Below, in pieces: positions 13,634-25,372 of a stretch of 64,000 bases of DNA; the stretch's first letter is position 1, and every line of letters starts with the position of its first letter. Made by a program: the position numbers and the translations under genes. The stretch is from Octopus sinensis (Eukaryota): contig NC_043013.1 in assembly GCF_006345805.1 (NCBI RefSeq), positions 26,040,001-26,104,000 on the forward strand, in the 5' to 3' direction. The notes under the pieces are model-generated. The model was given only the letters and a program-made list of their open reading frames with translations, did not search any database and was not told the origin of the DNA.

Positions 13634-14880
13634 CATCATCATCATCATCGTCGTTTAACGTCCACTTTCCATACTGGCATGGGTTGGACGAGCGAACCAG
13701 ATAGCTGCACCAGACTCCAATCTGATCTGGCAGAGTTTCTACAGCTGGATGCTCTTCCTAACGCCAACCACTCCCAGAGTGTAGTGGGTGCTTTTATGTG
13801 CCACCAGCACGAGGGCCAGTCAGGTGGTACTGGCAATGGCCATGCTCAAATGGTGCTTTATATGTGCCACCCACACAGGAGCCAGTCCAGCAGCACTGGC
13901 AACGACCTCGCTTGAATGTTTTTCACGTGCCACCAGCACAAATGCCAGTAAGGCGACGCAGGTAATGAGCATGCTCGAATGGTGTTTTTAACGTGTCACT
14001 GGCATGGAGGCTAGCTTGTTGCTCTGGCAATGATCACGCTTGTATGGTACTCTTAGCACTCCACTAGGATGGATGCCAGTCATCGAATTTGATTTCGATT
14101 TCACTTATCTCAACAGGTCTTCACAAGCAGAGTTTAGTGTCCAATGAAGGAAAGGTACGCATAAGTGGGCTGGTTAGCATAGGCCACAAGGTTATGATCT
14201 CACTTGAGCTTGCTGAGTCTTTTCAAGCACAGCATATTTCCAAAGGTCCCGGTCACTTGTCATTGCCTTGAGGCCCAATGTTCGCAGGTCATGCTTCACC
14301 ACCTCCTCCCAGGTCTTCCTGGGTCTACCTCTTCCACAGGTTCCCTCAACCACTAGGGTGTGGCACTTTTTCACACAACTATCTTCATCCATTCTCGCCA
14401 CATGACCATACCAGCACAGTCGTCTCTCTTGAACACCACATCTGATGCTTCTTAGGTCCAACTTTTCTCTCAAAGTACTAACATTCTGTCAAGTATGCAC
14501 ATTGACATTACACATCCATCGGAGCATACTGGCTTCATTTCTTGTGAGCTTACGCATGTCCTCAGCAGTCACGGCCCATGTTTCACTGCCATGTAGCATG
14601 GCTGTTCATACACATGCGCCATACAGTCTACCTTTTACTCTGAGCGAGAGGCCCTTTGTCACCTGCAGAGGTAAAAGCTCTCTGAACTTTGCTCAGGCTA
14701 TTCTTATTCTAGCAGCTACACTTTCAGTGCACCCTCCCCCGCTACTGACTTGGTCACCTAGGTAACGGAAGCTATCAACTACTTCTAGTTTTTCTCCCTG
14801 GAATGTGGCAGAAGTTGTTCTCTGCACGTTTTCAGTGTTTATTGCTCCTGAGCATCTGCGACATACAAAAACTTAGCCTT
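13634..14880 (-). mobile_element. RTE-clade LINE, 5'-truncated
   Basis: Minus-strand ORF2 C-terminus RRLCWYGHVARMDED...GRGRPRKTW, a 3' UTR with repeated modules, and a (CAT)n tail at the left end. Confidence 0.9.
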
Positions 14881-15915
14881 TCTTCAATATTGCTGCACCT
14901 CTTATGTGTCCATAGCTTACACTGGGTGCATCATATAGAGTTTCTACCTGCTTGTGGAGTAATACAATTTTTGCTCTCGTGACTGGACTGAGGCTATGTT
15001 GTTTTCCCATTATTAATCAATTGTATAATAACGTTAAATTATAACACTGTATAGTGAAGTTAGGCTAGTTGTGTGACCATCCATTTTGGTAAAAAAATTT
15101 GCATACATATTACATGGTCTTAAACTAATTTTGCCGGTAAATTTGAAATGTTTATATTAATTTAGCATTAGAATTCTTCAAGTTGTATAAAAATAGTTAT
15201 TGTCTGCATCATTCGAAAGAGAAATAAATACTGCATAAGGTGTAAATGATAAAAATGATTTTTATGGTGTTAGTAACAAAATATTTTGTAAGAAATAGAA
15301 CTTTATCATCGGTCTTAAATATATTTTCGCCAGTGTTGGCTTCCTTGACTGGCACCAACCGATCGTGGCCGCTGCCAGCCTCCCTTGGCACCTGTGGCGG
15401 TGGCACGTAAAAAGCACCCACTACACTCACGGAGTAGTTGGTGTTAGGAAGGGCATCCAGCTGTAGAAACACTGCCAGATCAGACTGGAGCCTGGTGCAG
15501 CCTCCTGGCTTCCCAGACCCCGGTCGAACCATCCAATCTATGCTAGCATGGAAAATGGACATTAAACGATGATGATGATATATATATATATATATATAAT
15601 ATATATAATATATATAACATATATTTATACACACACACATATATATATATATATATATTCCCGTGCCATTGGCACATAGAAGGCACTATCCAAATTGTGA
15701 TGAATGCCATGCTTGCCTGACTGGCTCCTGTGCCGGTGGCATGTAAAAAGCACCCACTACACTCTCAGAGTGGCTGGCATTAGGAAAGGCATCCAACTTC
15801 AGAAACATTTCCAGATCAGATTGGAGCTTGGTGCAACCACTGGCACTCCAGACCTCAGTCAAACCATCCAACCCATGCCAGCATGGACATTAAATGATGA
15901 TGGTGATGATGATGA

Positions 15916-15969
<54 letters not shown>

Positions 15970-17119
15970 GTTGCTGCATTTATATCTGTTGATTGAACTT
16001 CAATGTTTTGATAGTTGTTGTAGAACCAACAAACTATTTTGCGCAAACTTCCAGAGATGTAATAATTGCTGAGAATTTTTATAGTCGTTTTATAGTTGAA
16101 GGACAAATACAGAGGAGAGCCTGAAGGGTAAAGCCCTGTCACAAAAAATACAAGGGATACATGGCTCCTTGATATTTTTTAATAAAAAGCAAGTTAACAT
16201 TAATCTTCTCTACTCTAGGCACAAGACCCGAAATTTTGGGGGAGGGGCCAATCAATTAGATCAATCCCAGTATGTAACTGGCACTTAATTTTTCAACCCT
16301 GAAAGGATGAAAGGCAAAGTCAACCTCGGTGGAATTTGAACCCAGAACGTAAAGACAGACAAAATAACGCTAAGCTCTTCACCCGGCATGCTAATGTTTC
16401 TACCAGCTCGTCACCTTAAGGAAGTTAACACTAATAACACAAACCTCAGGAAGTTATAAATATTTGCATAAATATTCTTAACATGTTAAAGAAGCTTTAA
16501 ACGCAAAATGTGCTGTGAATAGCAATTGATGTCTTCGGAGAATAACTTCTCCCTTTTTTATGACAACAGGGTGTTCAATACATTCATGTCACTGGGATGC
16601 TGGAGTTTCAACATGTGTCTCATCAGCTAGAAATAGCCAGAACTTTTAGACTAACCAAAGTTATTGTCTTTATTTATTTGTTCAGTGCTTATATCTGCCA
16701 ATCAATAAAAAGGATCATTGTTTGTCCTTTCTACTGCAAGGTGGTAATGGTGGTGGAAGTAAAGGAGAAGTAGGAGGAAGGTGGGGATGAGTCATGTGAC
16801 TCAGGTCACTTGTTTCATGATTAGATAAAATGTTGGGAAAGTTTTGACTCCAGTGAATGAACTTGCAGCAATGTTATCAGCTATTACAAAAATAGAGAAG
16901 CACTTGCTGTATATAAATAAATGAATACCTGGCAACCTTGAGTTTACAAAATTAGGTTAGAAATGGAGCAGAAAGTGTCAAGACACACAATAGAATTGCG
17001 TTGGGAGTTTACAAAGTTTGGGATTCTAGCTCTATTTCATTAATGTCATAGGTGAGATATTCTTCATTATTTACATTATTTACACTTGACGAATATTTGT
17101 CCTCATCTTGTTTGTTGTT

Positions 17120-17165
17120 AACACAACGTTTCAGCTGATATACCCTCCAGCCTTCATCAGGGGTC
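17120..17165 (-). ncRNA. minimal type I hammerhead-like motif in an inverted terminal-repeat copy
   Basis: The minus strand reads GACCC-CTGATGA-A-GGCTG(10 nt)CAGCT-GAAAC-GT-T-GTGTT. Confidence 0.6.
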
Positions 17166-17327
17166 TTGGGGAAATTTCGAATCTGGGTTCTCATTCCTAA
17201 GGTATTTTTTGATATTATTATTATTATTGAGTGAGAGAGCAGTTCATGCCATCAAAGTGACACTGGGGTAAAATATACGAAGCCCAATATACCCATCATG
17301 ACTATATTATTATTATTATTATTATCA

Positions 17328-17408
<81 letters not shown>

Positions 17409-17459
17409 CGAGTTCGATTCCAGGCAGTGACCTGAATAATAATAATAATAATAATAATG

Positions 17460-17499
<40 letters not shown>

Positions 17500-17560
17500 T
17501 AATAATAATAACATCAAAAAATACCTTAGGAACGAGAACCCAAGTTTGAAATTTCCCCAA

Positions 17561-17606
17561 GACACCTGATGAAGGCTGGAGGGTATATCAGCCGATACGT
17601 TGTGTT
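17561..17606 (+). ncRNA. minimal type I hammerhead-like motif, GAAAC mutated to GATAC
   Basis: GACAC-CTGATGA-A-GGCTG(10 nt)CAGCC-GATAC-GT-T-GTGTT. Stem I GACAC/GTGTT pairs fully with one G-U. Confidence 0.6.
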
Positions 17607-19124
17607 AACAACAAAGAAGATGAGGACAAATATCTGTCAAATGTAAATAATGTACATGATTCCTCATCTCTTAAATATAGAACTGTAAGATATTCTTGGT
17701 GAAACAATTATAAGAACAGAGGAACAGCTCATGTTGTTGTTGTTGTGCAGCTCCTATTCAGCTCTTACTGATTAGATGTAAAGGTTGTTGGCAGAACAAT
17801 TAAGTGCAACCCACAGATCTGAAAGAAGGACTTTGTTCTTATAGGCCTTTGACAGGGCCCATCACTTTGTTTCCTCATGATGATCAATGAGAAGCTTCCA
17901 AGAGTTGCATGATGCTGCTGCCTGAATATCCAAGTTCTGATCTCAGAGACAAGTTTAATGTAGAGGTGGATGTTTGTCAAAATGCTGCCAGAAGACTTTG
18001 CAAGGGATGAGATACAAAAATCAAGTGCAAGAATTTGGTATATCACACCATTCTCCAGATATTAGAATCTAAATTTTTGAGACATGCAAACATGCGTACC
18101 GTATTTTCTGTCTTACAAGTCAAATATTTCTGACTGAAATTTACTGCCAAAGAAGCAGGTTGACTCAGACATGAAAACAACTTTAACAGGAACAAAAAAT
18201 TCCATGTGAAATACAACAGAAAGAGAAATGACGATGTTTGTTTACATTACTTGTTTATATTATATTTATTATGTTGACATGTATGCCAGAAAATATAGTA
18301 TATTTCTATGTAGGCATATGTATATATCTATCTATATATCTATCTTAACAATGTATATCTTGAAAATCCAGTAACTTCTAAACTGGAGTGAGGCAGCATA
18401 TTCTTTGTCTATCTCCTTAACATCTTGGAGATTTCAGGTATAATTATACTAATGTATCCATCTGTTCTAATTTGATTAAATTCTATGTCTTTGTGCAGCT
18501 GAAGATTGCTCTGCATTTTAAATTGATGTAATGATTACATTGTTCAATTAAACGGAGTTGCATGAAACGATTGTACTGCATTACCTCTGAATATCCTTGT
18601 TGCTTATTTTGATACATACATATATATATATATATCTGTAAACAATTGCAGCATGGAAGGCGTTTATAAGCCATAAGGTAACTGTTAGATTCACTTCAAC
18701 ATTTAAATTTAATTTGAAGTGAATCTAACATGTCTTTTAACTGTGTGTTTTAAATGACTTATAAACACCTTCCACACTGCAATTGTTTGCATTCCAGCAC
18801 ATGATCTCAGAGCAGGTCACTTGCTATGCAAGTACATCTCCATAACTATATATACATATATATATAAATACATATATATACATATATATATATATATATA
18901 TTTAAATATCTGTGTGTACGTGCATGTATGTGTGTATATGTATGCACATGGGTATGTGTAAAGTATTTCTTTTTGTTAATCGTTTTGCTGTCCCAATGCT
19001 TGTGCATCAGACAAGAACAGCATCCCAGACATGTTCAGATCCATTAACCGTGTGCAGTATTATTTTACTCGCACAAAAAGCCAATGAATCGATTTGTTTT
19101 GTTTCCCTTTTTTTTGTGTTGTAG

Positions 19125-19332
19125 GCTGCATCAGGAACAGGTTTGGCTTTTATTGTCTTTGCTCAGGCAATTGTTGAATTTGGTCCGTCCTCACCCTTTT
19201 GGTCGTTCATCTTCTTCCTCATGCTTCTTGCACTCGGTCTTGGCACCGAATTTGCTACACTCGAGGGAATCGCTACATCAATCAGAGATTCCTCTCCTTA
19301 TGAATGGACAAAGACGAAGTGGAAGTTGTCTG
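19125..19332 (+). CDS. SLC6 transporter alternative exon A (EL4b-TM8-IL4), mutually exclusive with 19463-19670
   Basis: ttgtAG acceptor and GTAAAT donor, 208 nt, phase 0 to 1. [69 protein letters not shown]. Confidence 0.92.
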
Positions 19333-19462
19333 GTAAATTTCTCCTCTCATTTTTTTCTTTTTTATATCCTTGATGAAACAGTTTTTTTTTATCTTTGGAT
19401 TGAAGAATATTAAATGCCATCTTCATTATTTTTTTTTTTTTTCAATTTGTTATTTCTTTCAG

Positions 19463-19670
19463 GCTGCTGAAGGTACAGGATTAGCTTTCATTGTGTTTAC
19501 ACAGGCCATTCTTGAGTTTGGCGATTCTGCTCCATTCTGGTCAATCATCTTCTTTCTAATGCTTCTTGCTCTTGGTCTTGGGACAGAGTTTGCAACGATT
19601 GAAGGGGTTGCTACATCCCTCAGAGACGTTGCTCCTTTCGAATGGATGAAGAAACGCTGGCTGCTTTCTG
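19463..19670 (+). CDS. SLC6 transporter alternative exon B (EL4b-TM8-IL4), mutually exclusive with 19125-19332
   Basis: tttcAG acceptor and GTAAAT donor, 208 nt, phase 0 to 1. [69 protein letters not shown]. Confidence 0.92.
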
Positions 19671-19773
19671 GTAAATGCTAACAAGAAACAACAACAACAA
19701 CAAATGATACCTTGTTGTTGTTGTTGTCGACAATCCCTTAGTAATCAATAGCAGCTAGTCTTTTTAGTTGTAA

Positions 19774-19823
<50 letters not shown>

Positions 19824-20263
19824 GTCCTATTTCTGTAATTAGTTTTGTTGTATTATTAGCAGCCTTTTATTTCATTGTCCTCGTTATCTGTTGATTGCCA
19901 TTTCCTTATTTCCTTGGCCTAATTACCATTTCATTATTATTACTGCTTGTCTTCCTTTTCTTTGTCACACCCCACTTGTTCACCCATCTACCCTCTACAC
20001 CAGTATGCACTTACTATTGATTTTGCTTGACAAGGAGCAAAACCAATTCAGGCAGGAGGAAAAAAAAAGAATACAAAGTGTGGATTATAGACAATTAAAT
20101 CAAGTTCGATACTCATTTTATCGACCCTGGAGTGGACTTACAATGGTCTCAACTATTCAGGCCTGGGGTTAAATGAAAAAGAAAACCAAGTGAATTTAGA
20201 CAAGCTACAGATACGATTGCACTATGGATTATATACATATACATACATACACACACACACACA

Positions 20264-20348
<85 letters not shown>

Positions 20349-20523
20349 TATATATATATATATATATATACACACATAGGAAGGGCATCCAGCTGTAGAA
20401 ACACTGCCAGATCTGACTGGGCCTGACGAAGCCTTCCAGCTTCACAGACCTCAGTTGAACCGTCCAACCCATGCTAGCATGGAAAGCGGACGCTAAATGA
20501 TGATGATGATGATGATGATATAT

Positions 20524-20557
<34 letters not shown>

Positions 20558-20565
20558 GCATACAT

Positions 20566-20596
<31 letters not shown>

Positions 20597-20720
20597 CATA
20601 TAAATATATATGTGTGTGTATATAAATATACAAATGTATGTGTGTGCATATAAATATACATACATACATACATACATACATACATACATACATACATACA
20701 TACATACATACATACATACA

Positions 20721-20754
<34 letters not shown>

Positions 20755-20826
20755 GATAGATAGATAGATAGATAGATAAAATTTACTTGGAAGAGGATGC
20801 ATGGTGTTCAATCATATAATGATATA

Positions 20827-20874
<48 letters not shown>

Positions 20875-21111
20875 GACACAAATGGAAAACAGAGAGAGAG
20901 AGATGCATATATATATATATTCATATATATATTCTTTTATTGGTTTCAGTCATTTGACTGTGGCCATGCTGGAGTACTGCCTTTAGTCTAGCAAATCACC
21001 CCCAGGACTTATTCTTTGTAAGTCTAGTACTTCTTCTGTTGGTCTCCTTTGCTGAACTGCTAAGTTGTCAAGCAATGTTGAGGGGATAAACACAGACACA
21101 CATACATATAC

Positions 21112-21174
<63 letters not shown>

Positions 21175-21552
21175 ATAAATATATATATATATATTTGACG
21201 GGTTTCTTTCAGTTTCCATCTACCAAATCCACTCACAAGGCTTTGGTTGGCCCGAGGCTATAGTAGAAGACACTTGCCCAAGATGCCTCACAGTAGGACT
21301 GAACCTGGAACCATGTGGTTGGGAAGCAAGCTTCTTACCACACACCAACTCCTGCACCTATATATATGTGTGTGTGAGGCTTCTTTCAGTTTTCATCTCT
21401 CAAATTCACTCACAAGACTTTGGTCAGACTGATGTTATAGTTGAAAACACTTGCCCTAGGTACCACGCAGTGGGGCTGAACCTGAAGCCATGTGGTTGGG
21501 AAGCAAGCTTCTTACCACACAGTCTGTATGTATGTAAATATGTGTGTATGTA

Positions 21553-21931
21553 TGCTTTACATCCATTTTTCGCCATGCTAGCATGGGTTAGACAGACATT
21601 TTATTGAGGTGTGCATGAGTGTGTTCTACATGTTAGATCATGGATTTTTCTGTTTCGCAGATGAAAGATGAAGATTCTGCAATTTCTTGTCGAATGACCC
21701 ACACAGACGATCTGTTTGTAGCAATGAAAAGTTTGTTCCGTACATTAGCTCACTCCTTCCATCAAACTGACATTACCTGTACAGGTGAACAAGTGTACCA
21801 CATGTCAGATGTCGAAATGATCTCAGAGCAATGCGAAATGAAGTGTTTTACTCAAGAACACAACACACTGCCTTGTCTGGGAATCGAAACCATGGTCTCA
21901 CAGTCGTGAGTACAACAGCTTAGCCACCATG
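21553..21931 (-). mobile_element. tRNA-derived SINE, older copy, head-to-head with 21966-22294
   Basis: The minus strand has ggtggctaag...GGTTTCGATTCC...gtgttgtgttcttgagtaaaacact, homologous to the neighbouring SINE head. Confidence 0.75.
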
Positions 21932-21965
21932 TCGATAATAGATATTATAGTATATAGCTAAGTGA

Positions 21966-22294
21966 AGGCACATGGCTCAGTGGTTAGAGCGTCGAGCTTA
22001 CGATCGTGAGGTTGTGAGTTCGATTCCCGGGCCATGCTGTGTGTTGTGTTCTTGAGGAAGACACTTTATTTCATATTGCTCCAGTTAACTCAGCTGTAGA
22101 AATGAGTTGAGATATCACTGGTGCCAAGCTGTATCAACCTTTGCCTTTCCCTTGGATATCATCAGTGGTGTGGAGAGGGGATGCTGGTATGCATGGGCGA
22201 CTGCTGGCCTTCCATAAACAACCTTGCTCGGACTTGTGCCTCGGAGGGTAAATTTCTAGGTGCAATTCCATTCACGACGGAAAGGGAACTCCTC
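21966..22294 (+). mobile_element. full-length tRNA-derived SINE with 10-bp TSD
   Basis: A box TGGCTCAGTGG and B box GAGTTCGATTCC. TSD AGCTAAGTGA at 21956-21965 and 22295-22304. Confidence 0.9.
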
Positions 22295-24716
22295 AGCTAA
22301 GTGATTGGTGATTTTGCATCACAATAACAGACTTTTGGATCCCATACTTAATATGTTTCCTCTACCTTAGCCTAAAGTAGACTCAACAAAATAGTCTTGG
22401 AAGCAGCCAAATGTTATAGACTTGGGTCAACCTATTTATCAAAGATATCTATGTGATGACTCCAACCTGATTCCTCTTGGTTGGTCCCTGTGTCCTGTGG
22501 TGCATGTACTACCAACATGCATTTAATTTTGGCCTGAGGATCTTGGGGTAACACATGTTCTTAAACACTTTGCCGCATACATTGAGATCAATGTATCTCA
22601 AATAATGACAATGTTTCACTGGAACCTGTATCAAACCAATCATCCATTCATTTACTTTGGTTCTTTAATAGCTTCAGTTTGTAAGAAAACACTTCCACAC
22701 TTTCACTTGGACATCAATGATTTTTGATGACATAAAGACCTTTACTTTAATGGGTCCCTGAAAAGAAGAAGCACCCAAAATATCACATTCCTGGCAAAAC
22801 AAATGAACCCTTAACATTTATGTAGTGACTGTGATTTATTTCACAACATGATTTTCTTATTTATAATTCTGTGCGTGCATGCATGTGTGTGTATTGTATT
22901 CCAAATGCAAGCAATGTGTTCCCTCAATTTCTGGTTTCAAATCCTACCAGGGTCGATAAAATAAGTAAATAATTAAGTCTCATGTATTAACCCTCCCACA
23001 ATATTTTTAGCTTTATATCCAAGCTAGAAGTAACAACCATTTTTCCTTGCTGGAATCCTGTTAGTAAGTTATAGTTCATTTAATTCTATTTATTTCACTG
23101 TCCACTTTTTTTGGTGTCGGCTAGTTTATTTTGCTATTCACTGTCCACCTTTTTATTTTTATTTCACATCATTGTGCACATTTCAGCTTGCAACATTTTA
23201 TATATTACTTTTGTAACATATAACATGTTGTTACATTCTTATCCTGTGTTTATGTATTTCTCCATTGGCAGAGTTATTTGAGACATATACACACATACAC
23301 ACAGAGATATGTGTGAGCATGCTTGCATACTGCACTTATTTTTGTCTTTTTATTCATTAAAAATGAATGGAATATTTCTGTTAATTGTATTTCTATCAAA
23401 TAAATGTGTCATTTAATAACAGTAACTAAAATTAACGGCAATATTTGCTTTGTGTTAAAGATATATTTCCTCACTTGATTCTCAAAATCTCATTTGATGG
23501 TCATCAGATAACTCTTTCCTACATGTTTCATATAATTTGATAAATTGTTTCACATGTAACTTCATTTATATCATTTCATTTATTATATTCATATGATGGA
23601 AACCTTCTTAGATGCTGTTATTATCCATTTATCATGAGTAAATACCTTTTTGTAATTAGGCCCATTAGTGATTATATAATACATTCCCATTGTTAGTAAT
23701 TTACAATATACATTGCAAAAACAGGACAACTGCACTTAATACTGCGCAAGATGATCTTTGACTGGCAAATATACTTAATCTTCAAAATTCACATTAAAAT
23801 AAATAATTTATTTGATATTTTATACTACTACTACTACTACTATTATTATTTATGTGGTGAGCTGGCAAAACCATTTGAACACCAGACAAAATGCTTAGCG
23901 GCATTTCATCTGTGTCTCTGAGTTCAAATTCAGCTATGATCGAGTTAGGGCTGATAAAATAAGTACCAATTAGAAAATTACTATTTTCAAATCTCACAAT
24001 GAGAGACACGCAGCAACAGTTCTTTGGAGTAAAGATTTCTGCCAACATAACATGGCAAAAAATATATATATATAAGGACACAGATCGTGTCGTATAGCCA
24101 GATGGAGATGATGCCTCCTGGGGCTAAATTACAGCAACATTCATCCTAAACCAGGACTGCCTTGTTATGTTGGCAAAGGGTCATTGTAATTGACTTACCC
24201 TCACCCTCCAACCCCGAAATTGCTGGCCTTGTGCCAAAATTTGAAACTATTATTGCTGTCAGGTGGTAAACTGGCTGAATCCTTAAAACTCCAGGCAAAA
24301 TGAACTTCGTCCAGCTCTACATTCTGAGTTCAAATCCCCACCAAGCCTTTCTTCCTTTCGGGGTCTATAAGTTAAATTTTTTTGGGCATTAAATTTAGAA
24401 AACAGGTTTGTAAGGGATTATAATACTATCCATGTATAAGAAACTCCCATATTTTTTAAACCTAATTTTTAACAAAAAACGGGATCTTTGTGCATGTTAA
24501 AATACAGTACTTTATTAACCCCAAAAGGATCAAAAAATATTGTGGCATATTTCATACTTTTAATGTCATTCATGATAATTAAAAAAGCCTGTAATTTGAC
24601 AGACTTGCAAGAACACTGGGCAAAATGCATCGTGGCATTTCATCCATCTTTGCGTTCTGAGTTCAAATCCCACTGAGGTTGGCTGCGCCTTTGATCCTTT
24701 TGGGGTCAATAAAGTA

Positions 24717-24895
24717 CTGTATTTTAACATGCTCAAGAATCCCTTTTTTTGTTAAAAATTAGGTTTAAAAAATATGGGAGTTTCTTATACATGGATAGTA
24801 TTATAATCCCTTACAAACCTATTTTCTAAATTTAATGCCCCCAAAATTAGGGGGTTTCCTTATACACGCGAGTTCCTTATACATGTTAAAATACA
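24717..24895. mobile_element. Tc2/pogo-like MITE inserted in a SINE tail
   Basis: TA-CTGTATTTTAACATG ... CATGTTAAAATACA-TA, with internal cttataca repeats. Confidence 0.65.
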
Positions 24896-25212
24896 TAGCT
24901 GAGCAAGGTTGTGTGTGTGTCGGGGACAATGAAATCAACTGGCCCCTTCCCCCTAAAGTGCTGGCCTTGAACCAAAATTCGAAACCAATGTGATGCATAA
25001 TAAAGTCATTCTTTATTATTATTTTTAGCAAAATTAAATAAATAAAAAAAATTAGATTGGAAATTTTATTGTGAGTCTGTAAGGTTTGGGATAGTTTGGA
25101 AAGAACTGGAATAATGAAGCATACCTGTAAACAAGTGTATTTTTTAGTTAAACCCTCAAAAAAGCTGTTGTCTGAAAATGAATTTGTATTTTTTTTTTTA
25201 TTTTTTGTTTAG

Positions 25213-25372
25213 GTGTTTTGTGTTTGTTCAGTTTTGTGGTTGGAATCGTTTTCACGCTCAACAGTGGCGCTTACTGGGTTGAACTTTTCGACTTTTTCTC
25301 TGGAACATTTGCACTAATGATTGTGGCCTTTTTAGAAATTGTAGCAGTTTCTTACAAATACGGTATCAACAA
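25213..25372 (+). CDS. SLC6 transporter exon encoding TM9-TM10
   Basis: tttAG acceptor and GTAAGT donor, 160 nt, phase 1 to 2. GVLCLFSFVVGIVFTLNSGAYWVELFDFFSGTFALMIVAFLEIVAVSYKYGIN has the SLC6 SG.YW..LFD and E...V...YG motifs. Confidence 0.94.

Noticed and set aside
19333-19462. Steric (branch point too close to donor) mechanism for mutual exclusion
   Set aside because: The intron is 130 nt. A candidate branch A at 19363 is followed by an AG at 19394-19395, and another candidate at 19415 is far enough from the donor, so the mechanism cannot be supported.
19125-19670. Reading the two similar exons as consecutive constitutive exons or as a second gene
   Set aside because: Joining them gives an immediate TGA and would add an extra TM helix. 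No other exon of the gene is duplicated.
21966-22040. tRNA gene calls at SINE heads (also 42910-42985)
   Set aside because: A and B boxes are present, but they continue into SINE bodies with TSDs and there is no complete cloverleaf.
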